64,000 nucleotides of DNA from Candidatus Omnitrophota bacterium (GTDB lineage Bacteria; Omnitrophota; Gorgyraeia; Tantalellales; Tantalellaceae), in the NCBI GenBank assembly GCA_049642065.1, contig JBAROK010000032.1:4100-68099 (forward strand). The letters run 5' to 3'. A program made the translations under genes and the position numbers. Positions within the stretch are counted from its first letter, which is position 1. The number at the start of each line of letters is the position of its first letter. The notes beneath the pieces are model-generated. The model had not been told where the DNA came from, ran no database searches, and saw only the letters and a program-made list of their open reading frames with translations. This document shows, one piece after another, positions 8,505-20,379 of this stretch.

Positions 8505-9827
8505 ATGAGAAAAACATTTGTGCTGGACACGAACGTAATATTACATAACCCCAATTCTCTTATTTCATTCGGGGACAATATCGTTCTTTTACCGATAGAA
8601 GTGCTGGAGGAGCTGGATACTTTTAAAAGAAGCCACGATGAAAAAGGCAGGAATGCAAGAGTAGCCATACGTATGTTGGATGAAATGCGTAAGAAGGGAA
8701 CGCCCGGGGAGGGGCTTCCTCTTGAGAACGGAGGGATACTTAAGATTGCTACTGGAGTTGATTATGAGAGCATTTCCAAGACTGGCCTTTCCAAAAGTAC
8801 TGCAGATAACAGGATATTGATTGTCGCTTATATGCTGAAAGAAAAGGGAGAACACGTAATATTCGTTTCAAAGGATATAAATGCCAGGATCAAGGCCGAT
8901 GCGTTGGGTGTTGAGGCCGTTGATTTTGAAAAACACAAGGTAGATTTTGAACATCTTTACAGCGGGTGGCATCCGGTGGATGTTGAAAGAAAAGATATAG
9001 ATGTTTTTTATAAAGAAAAAAAATATGACGTAAAAGAGGGAGAGTTTTTCCCGAATGAGTTTGCTCTGTTGGTAGATAAAGAAGATGCCAAACACACCGC
9101 CATAGGGAGGTATAAGGAAGAGTTTGGCATACTTATGCCGCTTATTTTTAACAAGACCCATGTGATGTCGATACGACCGCGCAACAAAGAGCAAGCCATG
9201 GCCACAGAGCTTTTACTCAACAACGATATAAATCTGGTCACACTGGTCGGCCCGGCGGGTACAGGTAAAACCCTTCTGGCTATAGCCGCGGGTCTTCAGA
9301 AAGTCGTCAAGGATAAGTCCTATGGAGGGCTTTTGATATCACGTCCTGTTATGCCTCTGGGGAAGGATATTGGGTATCTGCCTGGTACCAAGCAAGAGAA
9401 ACTGGAGAGCTGGATGGGTCCAATATATGATAACCTTGAATTTATCTTCAACGCCGAGAGAAAAGATCGGGAAATGAAGGTCAAGGCCAAGACTCAGATA
9501 GATAAATACATTAAAGATGAGATAGTAGAGCTTGAAGCGATGACGTTCATGAGGGGCAGGAGCATCCCGGATCGGTTTATAATAATAGACGAGGCCCAGA
9601 ATATGACACCACACGAGGTTAAAACCGTAATAAGCCGTGCAGGGAATCATACTAAGATGGTCTTAACGGGAGATCCTTATCAGATAGACAATCCGTACCT
9701 CGATTCTTCCAGTAACGGGTTAACATATTGCGTCGAGAAGATGAAGGGGCAGAAGATGTTCGGTCATATGACATTCGCGAAAAGCGAAAGAAGTTCACTG
9801 GCATCTCTCGCCGCGGAACTGTTATAA
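8505..9827 (+). CDS. PhoH2-type protein: N-terminal PIN domain fused to a PhoH-like ATPase.
   Basis: VLDTNVIL PIN acidic motif. Walker A GPAGTGKT and Walker B IIIDEAQN are present. Confidence 0.85.
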   Translation: MRKTFVLDTNVILHNPNSLISFGDNIVLLPIEVLEELDTFKRSHDEKGRNARVAIRMLDEMRKKGTPGEGLPLENGGILKIATGVDYESISKTGLSKSTADNRILIVAYMLKEKGEHVIFVSKDINARIKADALGVEAVDFEKHKVDFEHLYSGWHPVDVERKDIDVFYKEKKYDVKEGEFFPNEFALLVDKEDAKHTAIGRYKEEFGILMPLIFNKTHVMSIRPRNKEQAMATELLLNNDINLVTLVGPAGTGKTLLAIAAGLQKVVKDKSYGGLLISRPVMPLGKDIGYLPGTKQEKLESWMGPIYDNLEFIFNAERKDREMKVKAKTQIDKYIKDEIVELEAMTFMRGRSIPDRFIIIDEAQNMTPHEVKTVISRAGNHTKMVLTGDPYQIDNPYLDSSSNGLTYCVEKMKGQKMFGHMTFAKSERSSLASLAAELL

Positions 9828-9847
9828 ATCTAAGATTTAGGGCTAAA

Positions 9848-10162
9848 ATGGGTGAAGGCAGACCAAAAAAAAAGCGTATAATAAGAGAAAAACCGGAAAG
9901 TTTCAAGTTCAGCCCGCGGGGCAAAAGGGGCAAGCCCGATAACGTTATATTGAAGATGGAGGAGTTCGAGGCTTTGCGTTTGGCCGACCATCTTTCCAAG
10001 ACGCACGAGGAAGCTGCCTCTTCGATGCAAGTCTCGCGTCAGACGTTCGAAAGGATACTAAAAAGAGCTCGTAAGACCGTTTCCGAGGCTATTGTTAACG
10101 GTAAAGGGATAAAGATATGGGGAGGGTCGTACGGTTTTGGTGACGAGGATGGTAACTGTTAG
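9848..10162 (+). CDS. DUF134 (UPF0251) family predicted DNA-binding protein.
   Basis: The GRPKKKR...F.P.G......V.L..EEFEALRLAD....EEAA..M.VSRQTF.RIL..ARK.V..A...G....I pattern matches the DUF134 consensus. The ATG at 9848 is preferred because the longer ORF overlaps the phoH2 end. Confidence 0.7.
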   Translation: MGEGRPKKKRIIREKPESFKFSPRGKRGKPDNVILKMEEFEALRLADHLSKTHEEAASSMQVSRQTFERILKRARKTVSEAIVNGKGIKIWGGSYGFGDEDGNC

Positions 10163-10192
10163 ATCATTTTAAAGAGGAAGGAGATAGAAACC

Positions 10193-10870
10193 ATGAAAAA
10201 AGTTGTTTTTGCTATTGCTATTATTTGCTGTGCGTTCTTACTCGCTACGGATGTTTTCGCAGACAGTACTTCTAAATTGAATACGAGGATTAGAGATGCA
10301 AGGATCGTGCTGGAAGAGATGCAAGAGATGCCCGATACGTCCATTCCAAGCGATCTTGTCAAAAAATGTGCAGGTATCGCCATATATCCATCGGTCGTCA
10401 AGGCAGCCTTTGGTATAGGAGGGCAGTATGGCCAGGGGGTGTTATTAGCTAAAGATGACGCGGGCAATTGGAGTCCACCGGTTTTTGTGTCACTTGGAGG
10501 AGCCAGCATTGGGTTTCAGATAGGGGGACAGGCTGCGGACGTAGTGCTTGTGATCATGGGCAAAAGGGGTGTTGAAAGTTTTTCACACAATAACGTAACA
10601 TTGGGTGGTGATGCTTCGGTAGCTGCTGGTCCTGTGGGTCGGAGTGCTCAGATGGATACGGATGTACTCTTGAAAGCCGGGGTGTTTTCGTATTCAAGGA
10701 CAAAGGGGTTGTTTGCCGGTATCAGTCTGAAAGGGGCTGTAGTCGGTCCTATGAAGAATCTGAACGAGGATTATTATGGGGATTCTGATGTGGACGATAT
10801 ACTGTTCGAAGGCAAGGCTAAGCCGACAGAAGAAGGACAGAAACTTATAGACCTGTTGAAGAAATATTAA
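10193..10870 (+). CDS. Secreted SYLF (Ysc84-like, DUF500) lipid-binding domain protein.
   Basis: Signal peptide followed by GIAIYPSVVKAAFGIGGQYGQGVL ... GFQIGGQ ... VTLGGDASVAAGPVGR, the SYLF glycine-rich repeat signature. Confidence 0.75.
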   Translation: MKKVVFAIAIICCAFLLATDVFADSTSKLNTRIRDARIVLEEMQEMPDTSIPSDLVKKCAGIAIYPSVVKAAFGIGGQYGQGVLLAKDDAGNWSPPVFVSLGGASIGFQIGGQAADVVLVIMGKRGVESFSHNNVTLGGDASVAAGPVGRSAQMDTDVLLKAGVFSYSRTKGLFAGISLKGAVVGPMKNLNEDYYGDSDVDDILFEGKAKPTEEGQKLIDLLKKY

Positions 10871-10880
10871 TCTAGGGTCG

Positions 10881-11072
10881 GTGGATATGAGGATAAACAT
10901 AAGATATATAAAAGAAAACGATATTTTCGAGGTGCAGGCGATTGAGAAAAAAGTGCGGGCACATTTTCTTCTTTCGAGGGCGGAACTCAACAAACTGAGG
11001 ACCATACTTGAGAAAGCGCTTCTTGATAGCAGGAAGAAAGGGAAAAGAAAAGAAAAGGACGCGGATAAATGA
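10881..11072 (+). CDS. Small hypothetical protein (63 aa).
   Basis: ORF only, with a weak RBS. It overlaps the next gene by 4 nt. Confidence 0.3.
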   Translation: MDMRINIRYIKENDIFEVQAIEKKVRAHFLLSRAELNKLRTILEKALLDSRKKGKRKEKDADK

Positions 11073-11533
11073 CGATAAATGCGATCTTGGAAAAAAGACT
11101 GTCAGTAATTATAGTCTGCGTTTTTGTTTTTGCTTGCGTAATGGCAGGCCAGGTAGCTGAAGCCCAGAAAAAAGAAAAATGGGTTAAGTCTAAGACAGGA
11201 CTCAGTAGTCTTATACAGCTCGGCAAGGATAGGGGAGCAATGGAGAAAGAGTTCTCCATAGAGACGAAGGCCTACAATTCCCTAAAAAAAGCTATAGATA
11301 GGGGCGAGCTTAAAGAAGGGATGACTGCTAAGGATGTAAGCAGAAAGTTTGGCGCGCCCGTAATAGAATTTCCCGGCAACAAGGGTGATACGGCCGAATG
11401 GGTGTATAAGCCGGGAACTGAAAATTTTCTTGATGGGACGGACAAAATTTCCCTAATTTTTGATGACAGCGGCAATCTTATGGAATGGAAGAGCGTCAAG
11501 AAGAAGGAAAAGCCCACAGAAGAAAAGAAATAA
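11069..11533 (+). CDS. Secreted hypothetical protein.
   Basis: Signal peptide and a K/E-rich C-terminus. No family recognised. Confidence 0.4.
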   Translation: MTINAILEKRLSVIIVCVFVFACVMAGQVAEAQKKEKWVKSKTGLSSLIQLGKDRGAMEKEFSIETKAYNSLKKAIDRGELKEGMTAKDVSRKFGAPVIEFPGNKGDTAEWVYKPGTENFLDGTDKISLIFDDSGNLMEWKSVKKKEKPTEEKK

Positions 11534-11548
11534 AGTTAGCTGACTGCT

Positions 11549-12598
11549 TTAAACGGTACCAGCCTTATAATGCGCTTCGAGTATTTTTTGCGCCGGTTTA
11601 TTTTGAGGAGTGAACTGACGGTTATGCTCTCCGCCGGCGTTGATGTTCGTATCCCATCTCCACCAGTATACTCCCGCAAGCCATGAGCAGCCCCAGACAG
11701 TATCGAAGAAAGCCTTGTAGCATTTTGCCTGAACGTCCGTGGCAGCATTGCCTTGCTTACCGCCTTCCCAAGGGTACATAGGCGCGTAAGCAGTGCTGGC
11801 GTAACCAATTTCAGTGAAGATTATGGGTTTATTAATACTGGTGTGCCAGAGACGTATCTCTTGTTTCCATTTTTCCCAACCCCGGATTATTTCTGTTACC
11901 GAAGGGTTGGGCCGGTACGTAAGAGGGAAATAAGCATCTATTCCTATATAGTCAAGCTTGTCCCAGAACCTCACGGCCTGATAGTTGTCCCAATTAGCTG
12001 CATAGATCAGTTTGCCACTATAAACTTCTCGTACCTTTGATATTACGTGTTCACGCCAGAGGGTATCTTTCTGTGTGGTAAACGCAAGTTCGGTGCCCAC
12101 ACAAAAAAGTTCCACATTCAGTTCTTCCGCTATCTCTGCGAAATGTAAAATGAATTTCTGGTATTCACCGAACCATTTTATCCAGTCTTCGTCGTCAGTG
12201 AACCCTATATCAGCTCGCCAGTATCCTTCGGTCGTGCCGTTTACCAAATCTATGTGAGGTTTGAGCAGTACTTTCATACCCAACTCTTGGGCTTTTTTAA
12301 TCGCGTGGATCACACTGCTGTCAGTGGGGCTTTGTTCTGTGGGGAATATACGTGTAGTATCGCGTTTCTGCTGATAGTAAGTAGGGCATATAGCTATATA
12401 TTCAGCGCCCGTTTTGGAAAGTTCCTCAAGCGACTGGTCCGAATAAGATGAAGCGAACTTATTCTTATCCCAGGTTGCGTAACACATGCCTTTCTGAACG
12501 GGGTGAGCATTCTCTTGGGAATATGATTGAGCAGAAAAAGACCCCAGTATCACCAGGAGGCCGGACAGGGCGGATATTCTTAACGTATTCTTAATCAT
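11549..12598 (-). CDS. Secreted (beta/alpha)8 glycoside hydrolase, clan GH-A-like (GH113/GH26/GH5-like; family not resolvable by eye).
   Basis: Signal peptide. The IIFTEIGY motif looks like a retaining nucleophile. A candidate acid/base Glu lies in FCVGTELAFT. The protein is aromatic-rich and ends in W-rich strands. Confidence 0.55.
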   Translation of the reverse strand: MIKNTLRISALSGLLVILGSFSAQSYSQENAHPVQKGMCYATWDKNKFASSYSDQSLEELSKTGAEYIAICPTYYQQKRDTTRIFPTEQSPTDSSVIHAIKKAQELGMKVLLKPHIDLVNGTTEGYWRADIGFTDDEDWIKWFGEYQKFILHFAEIAEELNVELFCVGTELAFTTQKDTLWREHVISKVREVYSGKLIYAANWDNYQAVRFWDKLDYIGIDAYFPLTYRPNPSVTEIIRGWEKWKQEIRLWHTSINKPIIFTEIGYASTAYAPMYPWEGGKQGNAATDVQAKCYKAFFDTVWGCSWLAGVYWWRWDTNINAGGEHNRQFTPQNKPAQKILEAHYKAGTV

Positions 12599-12729
12599 GT
12601 TTTTTATATATGTGTATAGTTAGTGTTCTACAAAGTAATATTAATGGTGCCAAACGCAGTTTATCATAAAACAGAAAAAGATTAAAGTGAAAGATTTGTT
12701 GCTTTTGCTGATGAAAGTTCCAGCCGTTC

Positions 12730-13824
12730 TTACTGAAGGTTTTCCTGGGCAGCGTACGCAATATCCCTGTCACAGCCTTTATAATATGTCTCAAGCACGT
12801 CTTGAGCAGGCTTATTCTGCGGGGTGAACTGACGGTTGTGTTTGCCGCCAGCACTCGTATTGGTATCCCATTTCCACCAGTATACGCCTGCAAGCCATGG
12901 TTCTTCCCACATGGTATCGAAGAATGCTTCGTAACACTGGGCCTGTAAGTCGGGATTGGCGTTACCATCTGTGCCGCTTTTCCAAGGAGTGTAAGGGGCA
13001 TGGGAAGTGCTGGGGTAACCGATCTCGGTGAATATTACAGGTTTATTCACGCGTTTCTGCCACTGTTCGATATCGTCTTTCCATTTTTCCCAACCTTTTT
13101 TCAGATCTTCTTTTGACGGGGAAGGCGCGTAAGTAAGTGGGAAATAAGCATCTATTCCTATATAGTCGAGCTCGTCCCAGAACCGTATGTTCTTGAAGTT
13201 ATCCCAGTTTGCGGCATACACGAGCTCACCGGAATAGACCTTTCTTACTTCGGCAATGAGCTTGCGCCACTCAGGATCCTTTTGTGTGGTGAAGGAAAGT
13301 TCTGTGCCTATGCAAAGCAGCTCGACCTTAAGCCTTTTTGACATATTGGCATAATGAAGGATGAGCTTTTGATATTCGCTGAACCATTTTTCCCATTCTT
13401 TTTCGCTGGCAAAACCTATGTCAGCTCGCCAATAGGTGCCGTCGTATTTATCTATCAGGTCGATATGAGGTTTAAGCATGATTTTCATGCCGAGTTTATG
13501 GGCTCGTTTAATGACATGGGTAAGGCTTATCTTGCTGGGAGTCTTATCTGTTCTTTTTATCTTTGTAGAATTGTATTTTTCCTGGTAATGCGTTGTGCAT
13601 ATCGATAAATATTCAACGCCCAGCGAGGCCAGTTTTTCAAGCGACGCGTCTGAATACTCTGAGGCAAAACGGTCCTTATCCCATGTTACATAGCACATGC
13701 CTTTTTGCAGCGGGAGTAATATTGCCTGAGAGTGCAGAGATGCAGTAGGCAGAAGAAGAGACGATATTATTGCCATCGAAACAATAACGCTTAGTGATTT
13801 TATTTTTAACTGACGAAATCCCAT
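12730..13824 (-). CDS. Secreted (beta/alpha)8 glycoside hydrolase, tandem paralog of 11549..12598.
   Basis: Collinear with the downstream paralog. Shared blocks include CY.TWDK.RFAS.YSD, MK.LKPHIDL, WRADIGF, IGTEL.FTT, YAANWDN and VIFTEIGY. Confidence 0.55.
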   Translation of the reverse strand: MGFRQLKIKSLSVIVSMAIISSLLLPTASLHSQAILLPLQKGMCYVTWDKDRFASEYSDASLEKLASLGVEYLSICTTHYQEKYNSTKIKRTDKTPSKISLTHVIKRAHKLGMKIMLKPHIDLIDKYDGTYWRADIGFASEKEWEKWFSEYQKLILHYANMSKRLKVELLCIGTELSFTTQKDPEWRKLIAEVRKVYSGELVYAANWDNFKNIRFWDELDYIGIDAYFPLTYAPSPSKEDLKKGWEKWKDDIEQWQKRVNKPVIFTEIGYPSTSHAPYTPWKSGTDGNANPDLQAQCYEAFFDTMWEEPWLAGVYWWKWDTNTSAGGKHNRQFTPQNKPAQDVLETYYKGCDRDIAYAAQENLQ

Positions 13825-14243
13825 TTCCCAACCTCCAAATAAAAAACCCTATTCGATAAGGACAGGCCTTAACAAATAGGGCTACAAAAGCGCTGGAGGT
13901 GACTGTTCGCCAGCACACTGATTTCGGTAATCCGACAACCATACCCTATAAGAATAGGGGTTAGGCTCAAGACTTTGCAGCCCCACTTTTTCAAGTGGTT
14001 TGCCCTTATCGATCAATCGATTTTTTTTGTTTAAAAAGAACTTTTCCCAGTACAATTAGAAGTTTAATGATAAAACATACAAAAAGCAAGATACTAACAT
14101 CAAACTTTTTAATTTTTAACGCATTTAGAATGAAATTTATTATAATAGTCCCTGCAAAACGATATTTCATTTGAGTTAAATATTTAAATACATTATAATT
14201 AGGGGTAAAATTATCCGGTGATTTTTTGTGAAAGGAAGGTAAA

Positions 14244-14720
14244 ATGGCGAAGGGCAGAATATCATTAACACGCGAAGGGCGGGATAAACTGGTCCGGGAT
14301 CTTGAACTATTAAAGGGTGAAAAGAGGCGGGAAATAGCAAAACAGCTGGCAGAGGCCAGGGAGCACGGAGATCTCAGTGAGAATGCCGAGTATGATGCTG
14401 CCAAGGAAGCTCAGGCTCATAATGAGAAAAGGATATCCGGGCTGGAGGATACCCTGATACAGGCGCAGATTATAGATGAAGATGCTATGCCTAAGGATGA
14501 AGCTCTTTTGGGGGCTACTGTTAAAGTGAAGGACCAGTCTTCCGGATTCGAGTATGATTACGTCTTGGTATCCGAGGAGGAATCGGATTTTGAGAACGAT
14601 CGGATATCTATTTCTTCTCCGGTAGGTAAGGCTCTTCTTGGCCATAAGGTCGGCGATATAGTGGATATACAGGTTCCGGCAGGGACTCTTAAATACGAGA
14701 TAATCAATATAAGCAGGTAG
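14244..14720 (+). CDS. greA: Transcription elongation factor GreA.
   Basis: N-terminal coiled-coil with an acidic tip (GDLSENAEYDAAKE) and a C-terminal FKBP-like domain. Confidence 0.9.
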   Translation: MAKGRISLTREGRDKLVRDLELLKGEKRREIAKQLAEAREHGDLSENAEYDAAKEAQAHNEKRISGLEDTLIQAQIIDEDAMPKDEALLGATVKVKDQSSGFEYDYVLVSEEESDFENDRISISSPVGKALLGHKVGDIVDIQVPAGTLKYEIINISR

Positions 14721-14728
14721 GAGGAACA

Positions 14729-15286
14729 ATGAGAAAAGAACTGGATCTGGGGCTTGCAACAAGGCTGATAAACCATGGCCCCGTTGTGTTTGTTAGCTCT
14801 GCTCATGGAGACAAAGTTGATATAACTCCTGTAGCATGGAATATGCCAGTCCAAAAAAACCCTCCTATGATAGTGCTGGAAATAAGCGAAAGGCATTTCA
14901 TTTATGAATGCATAATGAAAACGGGTGATTTCGCAGTTAATATTCCCGGAAAGTCGCTTAGCGAAGAAGTGGTTAAATGCGGTTCTGTCTCGGGAAGAGA
15001 TACAGATAAATTCGCGATGTGCGGTCTAAATACTGAGCCGGGCAAGACGATCAGCTCTCCAGTGCTTAAAGAGGCTCTTGCGGTCTTGGAGTGTTCTCTA
15101 GTAAAGGATGAACATCTCTTGACGGAATACAACATGGTCGTGGGGGAAGTTAAACGTGCTGAAGTAGAAGAAGGTGCTTTTGATGAGCACTGGTTATTCG
15201 ATAAGGACGAGATAAGAACCGTTCATCATCTGGGTGACAAGACGTTCTGTTTCCCGGGCGGTGGAGTGATCGACTTAAGGAAATAA
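14729..15286 (+). CDS. Flavin reductase-like (FMN-binding split-barrel) domain protein.
   Basis: PVVFVSSAHGDKVDITPVAW is typical of the flavin reductase / DIM6 fold. Confidence 0.7.
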   Translation: MRKELDLGLATRLINHGPVVFVSSAHGDKVDITPVAWNMPVQKNPPMIVLEISERHFIYECIMKTGDFAVNIPGKSLSEEVVKCGSVSGRDTDKFAMCGLNTEPGKTISSPVLKEALAVLECSLVKDEHLLTEYNMVVGEVKRAEVEEGAFDEHWLFDKDEIRTVHHLGDKTFCFPGGGVIDLRK

Positions 15287-15301
15287 GGAAAGGAACAGGA
15301 T

Positions 15302-16330
15302 ATGAACTGGAAAAAGCTTTTGCTGGGTATTTTTATTGCCATAGTTGTGTGGTCTTTTTTGCCGCTTATACCTTTCTGGTTTATGGAAGGCGCTTCGCCG
15401 GAAGACAATAACGAAGCCAATGTCGAGCGGCTGGAAGAGAACAAGGGCGGGTATTTCTCGTTCATCGTTTTTGGTGATAACCATGCGGGACTTATTTTCA
15501 ACGATGCCGCTACCTTGAAAGAAATATGGCACATGAACAGGGAAGACAGGTTTCAGAAGGTCCCGATCGATTTTGTTTTAAGCGTTGGGGATGTAACGCT
15601 CGACGGAAAAAGATCGCACTTTCTGGCCTACAAAAAGATGCAGGAGCTTATTAAATATCCGGTTATCGCTACTATAGGTAACCACGATGACCGGAAACTT
15701 TTTGAAGAGTTTTGTGGCAAAAAAGAATTTAGTTTTGTTAACAGGAACAGCTTCTTTATAATTCTCGATAACGAGGAAGGGGCTTTAAGCGAAGCGCAGT
15801 TCAGCTGGCTGGAAGAAGAGCTTAAAAGGGGACAGGAATATGATCATATTTTTATCGCGTTACATAAGCCCCCGTTCGATCCGTATCAGCAGGAATGGTA
15901 TAACGAAGATAACAGCCCTTGGGCCTACAGGTTCCGCAAGCTCTGCGGACAGTATAAGGTAGATATGGTATTTTCGGGGCACAAGCACATGTTCAAAAGC
16001 GAAGATTTCGATGGTGTTGAGAATATTGTCACTGGCGGGGGCGGAATGCTTCTTGAGATACCCGAGGTGGATGGAGGTTATTTTCATTATGTTCGCGTTA
16101 TGGTCAACAATGATTATGTTACTTATGAAGTGCGGAAGGTATCACCACCTCTATGGGAATACATAACGTACTATTTCTGGAAAGAAGCGCTTTACTGGGC
16201 GAGGAATCTTTATGGCGTGGGTTATATTTTTAACAGGAATACTAAGGTCCAACCGCTAAGGGTTTCGGGGCTTAATGACAAGGAGTACTGGATGTGGACA
16301 CCTAAAAAGAGGGGGTACCGGGCCAGATGA
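15302..16330 (+). CDS. Membrane-anchored calcineurin-like metallophosphoesterase.
   Basis: N-terminal TM helix. Motifs GDNH, GNHDD, HKPPF and GHKH are present. Confidence 0.75.
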   Translation: MNWKKLLLGIFIAIVVWSFLPLIPFWFMEGASPEDNNEANVERLEENKGGYFSFIVFGDNHAGLIFNDAATLKEIWHMNREDRFQKVPIDFVLSVGDVTLDGKRSHFLAYKKMQELIKYPVIATIGNHDDRKLFEEFCGKKEFSFVNRNSFFIILDNEEGALSEAQFSWLEEELKRGQEYDHIFIALHKPPFDPYQQEWYNEDNSPWAYRFRKLCGQYKVDMVFSGHKHMFKSEDFDGVENIVTGGGGMLLEIPEVDGGYFHYVRVMVNNDYVTYEVRKVSPPLWEYITYYFWKEALYWARNLYGVGYIFNRNTKVQPLRVSGLNDKEYWMWTPKKRGYRAR

Positions 16331-16360
16331 TTTCGTGTTAATTGAGAATATAAGAAATAG

Positions 16361-16388
16361 AAAACCCGGGCCAGCACCCGGGTTTTTT
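16361..16388 (+). terminator. Rho-independent terminator.
   Basis: Stem AAAACCCGGG / CCCGGGTTTT with loop CCAGCA, followed by a T-run. Confidence 0.75.
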
Positions 16389-16402
16389 ATTAAGTAAATT
16401 CT

Positions 16403-16431
16403 TGACTTATTGTTCCCTATATGATATTCTA
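16403..16431 (+). promoter_or_regulatory. Sigma70-like promoter TTGACT-17-TATTCT for the Rrf2 / metY operon.
   Basis: Hexamers at 16403-16408 and 16426-16431, with a 17-nt spacer. Confidence 0.45.
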
Positions 16432-16460
16432 CCCATTGTCTATAGGGAAATAGGAGAATT

Positions 16461-18228
<1,768 letters not shown>

Positions 18229-18236
18229 TGGTTAAC

Positions 18237-18275
18237 ATGTAGTGTGTGAGCTGATCTATAGCTCACACACTACAT
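18237..18275 (+). promoter_or_regulatory. Perfect 16-bp inverted repeat (stem-loop) between metY and cysK.
   Basis: ATGTAGTGTGTGAGCT - 7-nt loop - AGCTCACACACTACAT. No U-tract follows. It ends 20 nt before the cysK ATG and 6 nt before its SD. Confidence 0.6.
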
Positions 18276-18294
18276 TAGATAAAAGGAGACCTTC

Positions 18295-19227
18295 ATGAAG
18301 ATATACGACAACATAACGCAAACAATAGGTAATACGCCTCTTGTGCGAATGCCTAAGATAGATAAGGATCTCCCGGGGAATATTGTTGCTAAGGCGGAGT
18401 TTTTCAATCCCTTGGCTAGCGTCAAGGACAGGATAGGGCTTGCGATGATAGAAGCGGCAGAGAAAGAGGGCAAGCTTAAGAAGGATTCGATCATCATCGA
18501 GCCAACAAGTGGGAACACGGGTATTGCGCTTGCTTTCGTGTGTGCGGCCAAAGGGTACAAGCTTATGCTGACAATGCCTGATACGATGAGCAACGAACGG
18601 CGTGCGCTTCTAAAGATACTGGGTGCTGAGCTTGTGCTTACCCCCGGGGAGAAGGGGATGAAGGGTGCCGTTGACAAAGCGGAAGAGCTTGTTCAAAAGA
18701 CACCGGATGCGTTCATGCCTCAGCAGTTCGAGAACCCGGCAAACCCCGAAGTGCATAGAAGAACCACTGCGCAGGAAATATGGGACGATACCGATGGCAA
18801 CGTTGACATATTCGTAGCAGGTATTGGCACCGGTGGGACGATAACGGGAGTAGGAGAATTCTTTAAGAAGAAGAAGCCTGATGTGAAACTAGTCGGAGTA
18901 GAGCCTTCAGATTCGCCGGTACTTTCCGGGGGGGAGCCTGGGCCGCACAAGATACAGGGAATAGGGGCGGGATTCGTGCCTAAAGTCTTGAAAAAAGAAC
19001 TGTTAGATGAGATAATAACCATTCCTGATGATGAGGCGGGAGAATACGCGCGCCGTTTGGCTAGGGAAGAAGGTTTGCTTGTCGGGATATCTTCCGGCGC
19101 GAACGTGGCGGCAGCAGTAAAAGTAGCGTCTAGGGAAGAAAATAAAGGCAAGAATATTATTGTGGTTCTTCCCGATAGTGGCGAAAGATATTTAAGTACA
19201 TGGTTGTTTCAGGATTATTTGGACTAA
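18295..19227 (+). CDS. cysK: Cysteine synthase A (O-acetylserine sulfhydrylase).
   Basis: [11 protein letters not shown]-Lys in ASVKDR, TSGNTG and GIGTGGT motifs. About 310 aa. Confidence 0.9.
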   Translation: MKIYDNITQTIGNTPLVRMPKIDKDLPGNIVAKAEFFNPLASVKDRIGLAMIEAAEKEGKLKKDSIIIEPTSGNTGIALAFVCAAKGYKLMLTMPDTMSNERRALLKILGAELVLTPGEKGMKGAVDKAEELVQKTPDAFMPQQFENPANPEVHRRTTAQEIWDDTDGNVDIFVAGIGTGGTITGVGEFFKKKKPDVKLVGVEPSDSPVLSGGEPGPHKIQGIGAGFVPKVLKKELLDEIITIPDDEAGEYARRLAREEGLLVGISSGANVAAAVKVASREENKGKNIIVVLPDSGERYLSTWLFQDYLD

Positions 19228-19239
19228 TATAGAGGTAAA

Positions 19240-20379
19240 ATGGCAGAAAAGAAACAGTACGTAGAGACAAAATACTATAATATGTCCGCGGGCGAGAAAT
19301 TCGTTCTTGAAAGCGGCGTGAAGCTTAAAGAGCTTAAAATAGCTTATGAGACCTACGGTGAATTGAACGATGAGAAAAACAACGCCGTTCTTATATGTCA
19401 TGCTCTTTCAGGCGATGCTCATGCGGCAGGATATCATCGTGGAGAGCAAAAGCCCGGTTGGTGGGATGATATGATAGGTCCCGGCAAGGCTTTTGATACC
19501 GATAAGTATTTTGTGATCTGTTCGAATATCATAGGCGGATGTAAAGGATCAAGCGGTCCTAATTCTATCAACCCGGATACTGGTAAACCGTATGGCCTGA
19601 GTTTCCCGATCGTGTCGATCAAGGACATGGTGAATGCACAGAAGAAACTGGTGGATTTTCTGGGTATAGAGAAGTTACTTTCGGTATCTGGCGGGTCAAT
19701 GGGAGGCATGCAGGCGCTTGAATGGGTGATCTCTCATCCGGAAAATGTTGTTTCTTGTATCCCTATTGCCACATCGTATAAACATTCTGCCCAGCAGATA
19801 GCATTCGATGAGGTGGGCCGCCAGGCGATAATGTCCGATCCGGCATGGAACGCTGGTGATTATTATGAAAAGGACCATCCTTCAGCGGGTCTTGCGGTCG
19901 CTCGTATGATAGGCCATATCACGTACATGAGCTATAAATCCATGGAGAAAAAATTTGGCAGGATGCTGAAAAAAGAGAAGCTTGGGTACGAGTTCACGAC
20001 GGAATTCGAAGTGGAAGGATACTTAAGATATAGAGGCGACAGTTTCGTTAAGAGGTTCGATGCTAACTCCTATCTTTATTTAACAAAGGCAATGGATCAT
20101 TTCGACCTGGAACAAGACGAAAAGCTGATCCAGGTTTTTAAAGGTGTGGAATCACGGTTCCTGGTAATTGCGTTCAGTTCAGATTGGCTTTATCCTCCAT
20201 ACCAGTCTAAGGAAATAGTCAAAGCTCTTAAGATGAACGGGATAGACGTGACACATTGTGAGATAAGTTCGGATTACGGGCACGATGCGTTCCTGCTCGA
20301 GTTCGCTGAAGAAACAAAACTCATTAAGCATTTTCTTAATAACACGCATAAGAAACTGGAGAAGAAGAGTGGCAAGTAA
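19240..20379 (+). CDS. metX: Homoserine O-acetyltransferase.
   Basis: Alpha/beta hydrolase fold. Nucleophile elbow GGSMGG and C-terminal catalytic D/H. Confidence 0.9.
   Translation: MAEKKQYVETKYYNMSAGEKFVLESGVKLKELKIAYETYGELNDEKNNAVLICHALSGDAHAAGYHRGEQKPGWWDDMIGPGKAFDTDKYFVICSNIIGGCKGSSGPNSINPDTGKPYGLSFPIVSIKDMVNAQKKLVDFLGIEKLLSVSGGSMGGMQALEWVISHPENVVSCIPIATSYKHSAQQIAFDEVGRQAIMSDPAWNAGDYYEKDHPSAGLAVARMIGHITYMSYKSMEKKFGRMLKKEKLGYEFTTEFEVEGYLRYRGDSFVKRFDANSYLYLTKAMDHFDLEQDEKLIQVFKGVESRFLVIAFSSDWLYPPYQSKEIVKALKMNGIDVTHCEISSDYGHDAFLLEFAEETKLIKHFLNNTHKKLEKKSGK

Noticed and set aside
14006-14404. 132-aa - strand ORF overlapping the greA start and promoter region.
   Set aside because: AT-rich intergenic sequence read antisense. 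It overlaps the clearly real greA.
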